Assembly (NCBI GenBank): GCA_965203175.1 | Contig: OZ241867.1 | Coordinates: 5,440,001-5,504,000 of the forward strand | Direction: 5' to 3' | Source of the DNA: Candidatus Latescibacterota bacterium | GTDB taxonomy: Bacteria > Latescibacterota > UBA2968 > UBA8231 | DNA: 64,000 nt | In this document: positions 27,970 through 36,855 of the stretch, one piece after another | Layout: each line of letters begins with the position of its first letter | Numbering within the stretch: position 1 is the stretch's first letter | Notes under the pieces: generated by a model | Databases searched by the model: none | What the model was told of the DNA's origin: nothing | The model's input: only the letters and a program-made list of their open reading frames with translations | Made by a program: the position numbers and the translations under genes

Positions 27970-30938
27970 CCATGACACCGGGCATCGCGCTACATATTTG
28001 CCGCTTTTGGGGAGCCCTTTCGCTAATTGTCGTCCTAACTCTTCCCCTCGCCGTCGAAGGGGACTACGGCAACCGCTTGGGCCGGCGGACGAGCGGACAG
28101 ACGACTTATACGGCAGTGGGTCCGAGCATTTTGCTAGAGGCCCTAGATCCAAGCGTGCAGCGGTGGTATTTGCCTCAAGAATTATTCGCCGAGTACGGCC
28201 GACGCCAGTGGCAGTACACCAACTACGCCCGCGAGCCCTACCGGCGCTATCTAGAACGCCAACTTGAAGGGATTCATTTTTACGACGATTTCGGCTCATT
28301 TGTCACCCGAGGCTGGATCATCTACGATTGGCGGCAGACCCGTCCGCGTCCCTTCCAGAGCAGTCAACTCACCAAGCCCGGACGCTACGAAACTTGGTTT
28401 CAGCGCCTAGTCATCGGCAAAGACAGGAGTGGGGACTACGGCTACTCAATCCTCATCGGCGACGAGATCAACGCCACATTAACTCCCATGACGTTCCGCA
28501 AGGCTGGCTTTAACGGGATCGCAACCAGCCTAGTTGGCGACCGCTTCCGGGCCACCGGGCTGTTTTCCAGAATTTCGGCTCCAATCGTCGAGATTGATTA
28601 TCTGGCCCCCACAGTGGCCCTGTCTAATTCCACCAACCTTTCAGCAGGACGATTCGAAGCCGACCTAACCGATTTCCTGACTTTGGGCCTGACTGCTGTG
28701 AATTCCCACAACGTCCGCGGCTCGCGGGAAAGCTTCAGGGACAATCCCTTTAAGGGCATGCTGACTGCGGGGCAGCTAAGTAGGCAAACAAACCTGTTGG
28801 TCGTGCGTCTCAGCGACGACTCTCCAGAGGACGATGAAGGTGGGGCTGTGCTCTTCAGCGAGGATGTGGAGATCACGACCACCCTGCTTCAGCGGATCGA
28901 GGTCGCCGACAGCGTGCAGGTGGTGCCCATCGACACGGTCATCACAGGCAGCAGCATCGGATTCCACGCTGCGCGCGAGGGCGGCAGCGTGCGCGACGGG
29001 TTCCTGACGGCTGACGGAGCCGAAAGTATTACCCTCAAATACGTCCTGAGTCCTGGAGAGACCGAAAGCGAAGAGAGCAGCCTGCGTTTCCTGATGCAGC
29101 GGCATTTCAAGCTAACTCTAGCAGAAGCCGAAGACGCAATAAACGCCATCAGCAATGTGCGCTTCCGCTTGGTGCTGGCCAACGACTACCGAGTCGAGGT
29201 GACTTCCGACCGGCAAACCAACCTCGATGGCCAGCCGCAATTTCTCCTAGTCGAGCGGGCCATCGGCAATATCAAGAACCGCTTGAACCAACGCCAAGTG
29301 GTCTTCGACTACGGCCTACCTACCGCCCATCTGATCTACGGGATCACTGCCGAAGTGCGAAATTTCTATGGCTTCGATTTCTACGGTGAGTTCAACCTCA
29401 GTACTCGGTACCGCAAATATCCGGCCATCAACCGCGAAAAACACCGGGCTATTGCCGGTACTTCAGGCGACAGAGAGGCCGTCGGCTGGATGATCAACCT
29501 GACCAAACGCGTAGGCCCCTGGCGCTTGTTCGCCGAGGCCTTCGGCATGGACGACGAATACAGCACCAGCATCAAGCCAGTAGATGGCCGTGGCATAGTT
29601 GACTTTTCACCCGAAGCCACGAACCGTCTGTACGACTTTGTCGATGACAACGACGACAACGACCGCCATCCAGACCAGATTCGTTTCAATCAGGGCAGCC
29701 TGATCCCGATCCCAGGTCAGACAGCGTTCTCGATCCGCGAGGAGGGCGTGCCCGACCCGGCAGTTTTTCCCGGATACGATGAGAACGGCGATTTCATTTC
29801 CGATTTCAACCAGAACAGCAACAGTGAGCGGCCCAACTTCTTCCCCGACTACGACGAACCGTTTCTGCGCTACAGTTCGGACCGCCCCGAGTTCCTCTTC
29901 GGCATCGACCTGAACAACAATGGCTGGATTGACCGCTTCGAAAACGACGACTTGCCAGACTATCCGTACAAAAAAGATCACTGGGGCTACAACCTCTACA
30001 GCAGCGTCCAAATCAATCCCGCAGTCAAAATAACTCTGGGGCACCTGAACCAAGTGCAGCGAAAGACCGACCGCAGGAATAAGACTACCTACGGCATCTT
30101 CACCCTAGAACGGGACTGGCCGACCTGGGGAAGGGTCCGGATTTTCGATATGCTCAAAAAGGCCGAGGACGATATTCCCGATCCACTCTCCCAGTGGATC
30201 ATGCCCCGCACGCTGTTCGGACAGGCCGGAGAGACCAGCGGCAGCAATATGGCCGTACCCGATCCACTGGCTGCGGAGAACACTTGGATCAATACATTCT
30301 ACATCGATTGGGAATATGCCAGCCCGCGTCAGTGGAGTACGCGGCACCGATTCAAGTGGGAGGTTTTCAGGCAACGAGAGATCGACAAAGGATTCTCGCT
30401 GGACGAAGCAGGGAACATCCTTTTAGATAAGCAGGAGAATCGGCTAGCAGGTTTTGATCCCTTGGGAGCGGAGCCTCGCGATGGCCGTCGGACCTCCGGG
30501 ATGGTAGGGCTGATTGACAAAGTCGATTGTAATTTAACTTGGAGAGAACTAACGTTTTTGCCCAGATTTAAAAGTGAGTTCCTACACGTCGTGCCCTTTG
30601 AGCAGAACGAGGATACGCAGCGGACTTGGGATGCGCTCTTTTTCTTTATGACCGAAGTGCCTTTTTTGCAAAATACCCGCGTCCAGCTAGGCTTGGAGCA
30701 GAGGCTATTCTACAACCTCAAAGGGAAGGAGGACAATCTGCTTACTGGCACTTTGACTGGAGATTTTCGCGGCACCGTTTTCGCCTTGCAACTATCGACT
30801 ACCCATCCATACTCGGGGTACTCTTTAACCACGCAGTTGGGGCTGCGCTACGACAGGCGCTCCTTAGAAGCGGCCACTGATGAACGCAAGATACGGACTT
30901 CGGGATTGGCCTTCCTGTCGATGTTCGTCGGCCTGTAA
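27966..30938 (+). CDS. Uncharacterised large secreted protein, probable outer-membrane beta-barrel with Asp/Asn-rich cassette (paralog B)
   Basis: ATGA overlap with paralog A; shares ALDP.V..WY.PQELF, TLTPMTF.K..FNG and DRPEFLFGIDLNNN.WIDRFE.DDLPDYPYK. Confidence 0.65.
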   Translation: MTMTPGIALHICRFWGALSLIVVLTLPLAVEGDYGNRLGRRTSGQTTYTAVGPSILLEALDPSVQRWYLPQELFAEYGRRQWQYTNYAREPYRRYLERQLEGIHFYDDFGSFVTRGWIIYDWRQTRPRPFQSSQLTKPGRYETWFQRLVIGKDRSGDYGYSILIGDEINATLTPMTFRKAGFNGIATSLVGDRFRATGLFSRISAPIVEIDYLAPTVALSNSTNLSAGRFEADLTDFLTLGLTAVNSHNVRGSRESFRDNPFKGMLTAGQLSRQTNLLVVRLSDDSPEDDEGGAVLFSEDVEITTTLLQRIEVADSVQVVPIDTVITGSSIGFHAAREGGSVRDGFLTADGAESITLKYVLSPGETESEESSLRFLMQRHFKLTLAEAEDAINAISNVRFRLVLANDYRVEVTSDRQTNLDGQPQFLLVERAIGNIKNRLNQRQVVFDYGLPTAHLIYGITAEVRNFYGFDFYGEFNLSTRYRKYPAINREKHRAIAGTSGDREAVGWMINLTKRVGPWRLFAEAFGMDDEYSTSIKPVDGRGIVDFSPEATNRLYDFVDDNDDNDRHPDQIRFNQGSLIPIPGQTAFSIREEGVPDPAVFPGYDENGDFISDFNQNSNSERPNFFPDYDEPFLRYSSDRPEFLFGIDLNNNGWIDRFENDDLPDYPYKKDHWGYNLYSSVQINPAVKITLGHLNQVQRKTDRRNKTTYGIFTLERDWPTWGRVRIFDMLKKAEDDIPDPLSQWIMPRTLFGQAGETSGSNMAVPDPLAAENTWINTFYIDWEYASPRQWSTRHRFKWEVFRQREIDKGFSLDEAGNILLDKQENRLAGFDPLGAEPRDGRRTSGMVGLIDKVDCNLTWRELTFLPRFKSEFLHVVPFEQNEDTQRTWDALFFFMTEVPFLQNTRVQLGLEQRLFYNLKGKEDNLLTGTLTGDFRGTVFALQLSTTHPYSGYSLTTQLGLRYDRRSLEAATDERKIRTSGLAFLSMFVGL

Positions 30939-30987
30939 GAAGGGAGGGTCTCTTGGCCTACCGCATTGAGAAAAGGGACTGGAAAAT

Positions 30988-33519
30988 ATGAGACATACTC
31001 TGTGGCTCTGCCGACTCAGTGCATTGGCTCTGCTGCTGACCGGTACGATAGGATGGGCTCAGCAGCGGGGACATCGGATCGGCAGCGCTGAGGTCCTCGT
31101 CAATACCCGGAATCACTGGCAGAACTGGGAGTTCCCCGCGGGAACCGTGGAGATTTCCGCCACAGGCACAGTACGGCCCCGTCAATTGCGACGAGGGACC
31201 AACGCGGTGGAGGATATAGTTGAATTTCTACGGCGGCATCCTCCGGGTAATTTAACCAAGAAAGACCCCGAACAAATCAGTCTGACTGATGCCATCCAAG
31301 CCGGCTCCAATCCAGAGGATGTGATCCACGTCCTAGATGGCGACCCGAGCACTTACTGGGAGCCCGATCCTCCTCGGAACCCAGACAATCTCGCTTCGGA
31401 GTGGTGGTTCACCGTCGATTTGGGGCGGCTCGTCTTTGCTAAGAAGATAGTAGTGCGATTCGCCCAAGAGGGAGATCCGTTTCTCTTGTTTGAACTGCTC
31501 GTAACCGACGGGCAGAAACGGGCTCAGTTTCCGCGCCCAACCTTCAAGACCGTTCTTCGCACTCTGCAACCCAACAGGAGCGAAAGGCTCTTCGAGATTG
31601 ATCTAACAGACAGCGAAGTAAAGGGTCAGGCCGTGCGCTTATTTCAGGTGCTCGTCAGCGGCAGCAACCTAGGCCGCAGCCAAGAACTTACTCAGGAAGA
31701 ATACAATGCTCTGTCGGCCCCCGATCGAGGTGCGATCGAATACTACAAGCGTCTGCCCGACGGAGGCAGCTTCAGAGTCGAGAAGGAGGTTTATGAACAA
31801 CTGTCGGTGGAGCAGCAGGGGGACGTTCGCCATTTCCGGCGCGAGCGACCCCGGCTAGCAGAAGTGGAAGTATGGAGCGAAGGAGATGAGATAGTCGGCG
31901 GCGCTATCGAACGAGGCGGTCGGCTATCGACCAGCCAGCCGGCTGCTGCAACCGGCAACTTCGTCGATGGCGATCCAAACAGCAAGTCGCGCCTGCCCTG
32001 GGGTGTTCCAGACCCGACCAGAATCGGTGAGGAGATGCAGTTGGTCGTCGATCTGGGTTCGCATTTCTGGATCGATACACATCGAATGGTTTTCCAAGGG
32101 CAGTCTTTCGCCGAATATACAGCGGAGAGCTCAGACGGTTCCCTAGCGCCGGACGGCAGCCTGAAGTGGAATAAACTGCTGCAGCGCAAGCACGAGATCA
32201 CCTATAAGAATTTTGAAGTCAATACCTTCTCGCAGGTAGCGGCGCGCTTTTTCAGACTGAGATGGTTTCTAGCGAGTCTGGAAGGAAGTGCCCAGCTAGC
32301 CGAGTTACAGCTCTACGGAGAAGGTTTCCAACCCAAGGTTTTCTTAGAGTCGGATCTGATCCGTCTGGGAGGCAGCCGCAATCTGCTCTCCATCGAGTGG
32401 CAGGCGGATACTCCTCCAGGTACGGAGGTGCTGATTCAGACGCGCAGTGGCAGTCAACTAGATGAAAAGCTGCACTATTTTCACAAAGACGGCACTGAGC
32501 TAACTAAGGAAAAATACGAAGACCTGTTGTCGCTTTTCAGAGGTGATATCATTGCCGAAGATGTACCGGGAAGTGACTGGAGCGACTGGAGCGAGCCGTA
32601 CAGCGAGGCGACGGGCAGCCCGATTACTTCGCCTTCGCCGCGAGAATTCCTCAAAATACGGGCGACTCTGCTCTCAGAAAATCCCGAACTCCACGCCGCG
32701 CTCCAATCGATCCGTCTGCGCTTCGTCGATCCCGTAGTCCGCAGACTAGTCGGCGAGATCGCGCCATTTCAAGTGGACTCGCTAGGAACGGAACAAGTCT
32801 TTTCGCTCTACTTGGAGCCACAGTTCTCCATCAGAGATTCCGGCTTCGACGAATTGCTCCTCGTAGCTCCATCCGATATGAACCTACAATTCGTAGGTTT
32901 GTACAGGAACGATGGGGAGTTGGCCGTGGAAGGAGTCTCCGTTGTACCCACCCAAGCCGACAGCCTGCGTCTGTCCTTTCCAAGGATAGCGCCGAATCAG
33001 GGCATTGACCTGCTGCGGCTCGACTTCAGGACCGCGCTCTTTGCTGCGGGCGCTGTGCTGCGTCCGGCCGTGCGCAACAGTGACCAAGGCGAGGACACTT
33101 GGCAGCGGGCAGATCCGGGCGATGTCCTAGCGGCAGTCCAAGGGAACACGACCACGATAGTGAGCACGCTCAAGATCAAAAAGCTGATCACTGGGATCGA
33201 GGTGCGCCCCCTCGTCTTCACCCCCAACGGCGACGGGATTAACGACGAGGTGATTTTCTCATTCCGGGTCACTCGTTTGAGCGCTTCTAGCCCGGTGGAA
33301 GTAACCGTTTACGATCTCAGCGGCCGGCCAGTGCGGCACCTAGCCGAACAACGTCCCTTGAGCACGGGAAGTTATGAGATCGGCTGGGACGGTAGAGATA
33401 GTAAGAACATGGTGGTACCCCCGGGAATCTACTTTGCTCGTCTGCAGATCGCTGCTAATACATTCGGCGCGATCGTCGGGGACGAGACCGTCGTGCGCTC
33501 CATAGGCGTAAGCTACTGA
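30988..33519 (+). CDS. Secreted protein with two discoidin-like domains and C-terminal FlgD-Ig sorting-type domain (paralog 2)
   Basis: LDGDPSTYW..FTVDLG, VDGD..VVDLG..ARFFRL..LAELQLYG; FTPNGDGIND..WDGRD..PPGIY. Confidence 0.72.
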   Translation: MRHTLWLCRLSALALLLTGTIGWAQQRGHRIGSAEVLVNTRNHWQNWEFPAGTVEISATGTVRPRQLRRGTNAVEDIVEFLRRHPPGNLTKKDPEQISLTDAIQAGSNPEDVIHVLDGDPSTYWEPDPPRNPDNLASEWWFTVDLGRLVFAKKIVVRFAQEGDPFLLFELLVTDGQKRAQFPRPTFKTVLRTLQPNRSERLFEIDLTDSEVKGQAVRLFQVLVSGSNLGRSQELTQEEYNALSAPDRGAIEYYKRLPDGGSFRVEKEVYEQLSVEQQGDVRHFRRERPRLAEVEVWSEGDEIVGGAIERGGRLSTSQPAAATGNFVDGDPNSKSRLPWGVPDPTRIGEEMQLVVDLGSHFWIDTHRMVFQGQSFAEYTAESSDGSLAPDGSLKWNKLLQRKHEITYKNFEVNTFSQVAARFFRLRWFLASLEGSAQLAELQLYGEGFQPKVFLESDLIRLGGSRNLLSIEWQADTPPGTEVLIQTRSGSQLDEKLHYFHKDGTELTKEKYEDLLSLFRGDIIAEDVPGSDWSDWSEPYSEATGSPITSPSPREFLKIRATLLSENPELHAALQSIRLRFVDPVVRRLVGEIAPFQVDSLGTEQVFSLYLEPQFSIRDSGFDELLLVAPSDMNLQFVGLYRNDGELAVEGVSVVPTQADSLRLSFPRIAPNQGIDLLRLDFRTALFAAGAVLRPAVRNSDQGEDTWQRADPGDVLAAVQGNTTTIVSTLKIKKLITGIEVRPLVFTPNGDGINDEVIFSFRVTRLSASSPVEVTVYDLSGRPVRHLAEQRPLSTGSYEIGWDGRDSKNMVVPPGIYFARLQIAANTFGAIVGDETVVRSIGVSY

Positions 33520-33575
33520 ATCTACCTTGGGGCCAAAACCGCGCTCTGACCAGCGCAAGACTTTGCTACAAACTA

Positions 33576-35576
33576 TTGCGGCGACTAATCCGGTTGCCGA
33601 GAGAAGGAGTAAGAAGTGCGGCCGTGACGAGAGAGCGTTTTTTCCCCAGTCTGTTGGTTGCCCTGCTGGTCTTGCTCAGTTCAGGCTATGGAGAGCGCCT
33701 TACAGCCCTCACTATATACCGAATCGGCGGCGAACACCTGCCTGCTCCCGAGGAGGAGATGCCGCACGAGTTCGTGCAGCTATCTTGGGAAGCGATAGAA
33801 GAAAATCTGCACGGCAAAGCGGAACTGGTGCAGGTGAGTCCCGATTCGGTTTCTCCACTGCGCCTTGATCCCAATCTCAATCTCACGCCGCTGATCGAGG
33901 AGCGCGGCGGCCAGATAGAGAACTTGAGTTTCCGAGGCTGGGAAAAGCACGGCGATGAGGATGCCTTGATATTCGACCGGGATCCGAGCACCATCTACCT
34001 AGGGGACGGCCGCTTCGCCTCGTATTCGGCCACCGAAAAAAATTTGCTCTTCGATTTTGGCGGTAGGGTGACCCTCCACAGGGTTCGCTTCTATCCGCGT
34101 GACCAGTTCCTAAGCGACCGATTTGTGCAGAAGTTCAAGATCGGCATCAGCGACGGGGATTCACTCAAAGATGGCACGCGAGAATTTAACGTACTCTTCC
34201 GCGTATGCCCCAGTTGTCCCACGCAGAGTGCCGGCGACTTCGACCTGATCCACGATATCCGCGAAAACACCGAAGCCGTCGTCGATCTGCAACTACCACA
34301 GATGCCCTCCCGCAAATTGGTCTTTCAGGCTTTCGAAAATACCCGCAATGTCTGGGAGATCGCCGAGTTCGAGATCTACGGAATCGGCTATGCACCCTTC
34401 GCAAGCTATGTATCCAATATCATCGACTTGGGCGCTCCGGCCACTCTGGGAAGGATATCATGGTCCGGCCGCGTTGACCCAGAGGCCAGAATCGACCTAA
34501 AGTCGCGCAGCGGCGACGATAGCGAACCGAACACGTACTGGCGCTTCACCGAGCGCGGCAGCGAGCGCACCCGCCTAGGTGCCAACGGCGCAGAACTGAC
34601 CAGACAAGCCTACCAGAAACTATCGTTTAACGAAAAGGCAGGGACTACCCATGACGGTGAAAACTGGAGCTTCTGGTCAGCCCCATACGACTTCAAGGCC
34701 ATGAGTAGCTCTCTAGTGAGCTCCAAACCACAGCAGTTTATCCAGTTCCAGATCGACTTCTCCTCTGCGGTGCAAGCTGGTGCCCGGCTGGATTACCTTC
34801 AGTTTGGGGTATCGGTACCGCCGGTGGCCAGTCAAGTTCTCGCTGAGATCACTCCGGTGGCAGTGCCTGCGGGTGAAGAATCCAATTTTACCTACAAACT
34901 ACGTCCTCAAATTGCACCCAATGATCTGGGTTTTGACAGTATCGAGATCGACGTGCCCGGAGTCCTTAAAGGTGTGGACGCGGTGCGCATCAGCGGCACC
35001 CCAGTGGAATTCGAGATAAGGCACCTAACAGACAACGGACTTGCCGTGCAGATCCCGAGGATCGATTTCGAGCGCACAGGTGAATTGATCGAATTAGATT
35101 TTCGGGCGGAGGTGTTCAAATTCAGTACTATCTTTGCGGGACGGGTCTTCGACAGTACGCGACCACACGAGATGCATCAGGCAGTAGCACCTGGCGATGC
35201 GGACCCGCTAACTGACACCAATACCCTGAAGGTGGACCTGAGCCAGTTGCGACAGGAGACGATCTGGACGCTGCGGCTTTCCCCAGCGGCTTTTACCCCC
35301 AATGGAGACGGGATTAACGATGCGGTGCGGATCGTTTACGACCTGCTAAATCTGACGAGCCCAGCGTCGGTAACGGTGGAACTATACGACCTGTCAGGTA
35401 GGAAGCTGGCAACGATACATAGGAGCGAGAACCCGAGCGGCCGCTTTTCGTTTAGCTGGGATGGTCGCAACAGTCAAGGCGAGATCCTGCCCCTAGGCAT
35501 TTACTTTCTTCGCATGGAGGTGGATGCGGACAAAGGCCGTGACTCAGCGCAGCGCGTCATTTCCATCGCCTATTAA
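33576..35576 (+). CDS. Secreted protein with discoidin-like domain and C-terminal FlgD-Ig sorting-type domain (paralog 3)
   Basis: FDRDPST, WEIAEFEIYG, FTPNGDGIND..YDLSGR..WDGRN..GIY; true start probably GTG 33624. Confidence 0.72.
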   Translation: MRRLIRLPREGVRSAAVTRERFFPSLLVALLVLLSSGYGERLTALTIYRIGGEHLPAPEEEMPHEFVQLSWEAIEENLHGKAELVQVSPDSVSPLRLDPNLNLTPLIEERGGQIENLSFRGWEKHGDEDALIFDRDPSTIYLGDGRFASYSATEKNLLFDFGGRVTLHRVRFYPRDQFLSDRFVQKFKIGISDGDSLKDGTREFNVLFRVCPSCPTQSAGDFDLIHDIRENTEAVVDLQLPQMPSRKLVFQAFENTRNVWEIAEFEIYGIGYAPFASYVSNIIDLGAPATLGRISWSGRVDPEARIDLKSRSGDDSEPNTYWRFTERGSERTRLGANGAELTRQAYQKLSFNEKAGTTHDGENWSFWSAPYDFKAMSSSLVSSKPQQFIQFQIDFSSAVQAGARLDYLQFGVSVPPVASQVLAEITPVAVPAGEESNFTYKLRPQIAPNDLGFDSIEIDVPGVLKGVDAVRISGTPVEFEIRHLTDNGLAVQIPRIDFERTGELIELDFRAEVFKFSTIFAGRVFDSTRPHEMHQAVAPGDADPLTDTNTLKVDLSQLRQETIWTLRLSPAAFTPNGDGINDAVRIVYDLLNLTSPASVTVELYDLSGRKLATIHRSENPSGRFSFSWDGRNSQGEILPLGIYFLRMEVDADKGRDSAQRVISIAY

Positions 35577-35653
35577 AAGATCGCCTCAATACGTCGGTGT
35601 TAGAGATGAGCTTATGTGATGCGGCCTTCATCTCTAGGCTTACGCGCAAATAT

Positions 35654-35690
35654 AAAAAAGCTGTGCCCGGATGCCCGAGCACAGCTTTTT
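35654..35690. terminator. Bidirectional rho-independent terminator
   Basis: AAAAAAGCTGTGC-loop-GCACAGCTTTTT between convergent genes. Confidence 0.85.
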
Positions 35691-35719
35691 AGGGATCGTA
35701 AAAGATACAGCGAGAAGGT

Positions 35720-36637
35720 TTATTCCATAAAATAGGACTTGATGCTGCCCCAAGTATCGCTCTCGACCGCGGTTGGCAAACGTTCCTCATCAACCGGGAG
35801 CAGCACGAAGTCGGTAAACGAACTAGCATTTCCGAATACATCGTTCTGGCCACCGAGTATAAAACGACCGAAGCGTTTGTCGTCCTGAGACGGACTTATA
35901 TCGTTGTCGATCACTGCGATCCCGAGGCCGATAATTTCGAGCTCGACGAGGTCGTGTTGGACGCTCTGTTCGGGCCCCTGGAAGTTGAAGTCGTCCCATG
36001 CTACCGTGTACCACTCGGCTTTCAGAGTGGCCTGAGTACCGTGGGAGCCGTCTAGGGTGAACGAATCGGCGCAGCAGGAATAAGGCTCTTCATCGTGCCA
36101 AGTCGACGAGCTCATCCAGAACCAGTTCCAACCTTCCGGCTCGATAGCCGGCCAGCGATAGTGGTAGGTCTGTGCATGGGCACCGTCCAACCGCATGAGC
36201 TCTTCCTCGGGCAGCCCGCGGTCTAGGGTGAAGTACCAGTCGCCAGAGTGGTCGGCATCCACTCCTATCTCAATGCTGTCATCGTTGCCCGAATCACCGT
36301 AACCTCCACCATCGCGGTCCCATAAATCGTCAAAGCGGTCAATGACGTAGTAGAGACGGTCGGTTTCGTCGTGCCAAGAGATGGCAACGCGGAACCACAT
36401 GTCGGACACATCGATCTCCTTGGTGGTGCCCAAGTCGCCGCCGAAATCCTGCTCGTTGATCTCGATCCACAGTTCCTCGGGCAACACCTCCCATTCGGAG
36501 ATATCGCCGTCGAGGACGGGAAGGTGGGACGTGGGCCACTGCCAAGCACCCAATATCTTATCTTCAGGGACATGGGCAGAAACCACATTGGCCAAGGCGA
36601 TCAACCCCACTGCTACAATCGAAAGGCTTTTCATCAT
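35720..36637 (-). CDS. Secreted CBM9/DOMON-like sugar-binding protein with C-terminal TWGxIK tail
   Basis: Signal peptide; PVLDGDISEW, DSIEIGVDAD, GIAVIDND; ends PTAVESDTWGSIKSYFME. Confidence 0.65.
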   Translation of the reverse strand: MMKSLSIVAVGLIALANVVSAHVPEDKILGAWQWPTSHLPVLDGDISEWEVLPEELWIEINEQDFGGDLGTTKEIDVSDMWFRVAISWHDETDRLYYVIDRFDDLWDRDGGGYGDSGNDDSIEIGVDADHSGDWYFTLDRGLPEEELMRLDGAHAQTYHYRWPAIEPEGWNWFWMSSSTWHDEEPYSCCADSFTLDGSHGTQATLKAEWYTVAWDDFNFQGPEQSVQHDLVELEIIGLGIAVIDNDISPSQDDKRFGRFILGGQNDVFGNASSFTDFVLLPVDEERLPTAVESDTWGSIKSYFME

Positions 36638-36855
36638 AATTCCCTCCTCAGTTTATGGGAATGCAAAATATAACTACCATACAATCAAGTCAAGATATAT
36701 TTAATTTTTTTAAAAAAATTTAGCGTCAATCAATCAAGGCTCAAATCCCTGCGCTATCGAGCAGTTGGCGATCCGAACGTCCCAGCCCATTTAACTAGTC
36801 TGAATAATTGACCCCAATAAAGGGTCGGATATATCGCAATTAACTTTGTAGGATC

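Noticed and set aside
36703-36720. Perfect palindrome AATTTTTTTAAAAAAATT upstream of the TWGxIK gene
   Set aside because: Low complexity; it may be an operator or UP element, but this cannot be supported from sequence alone
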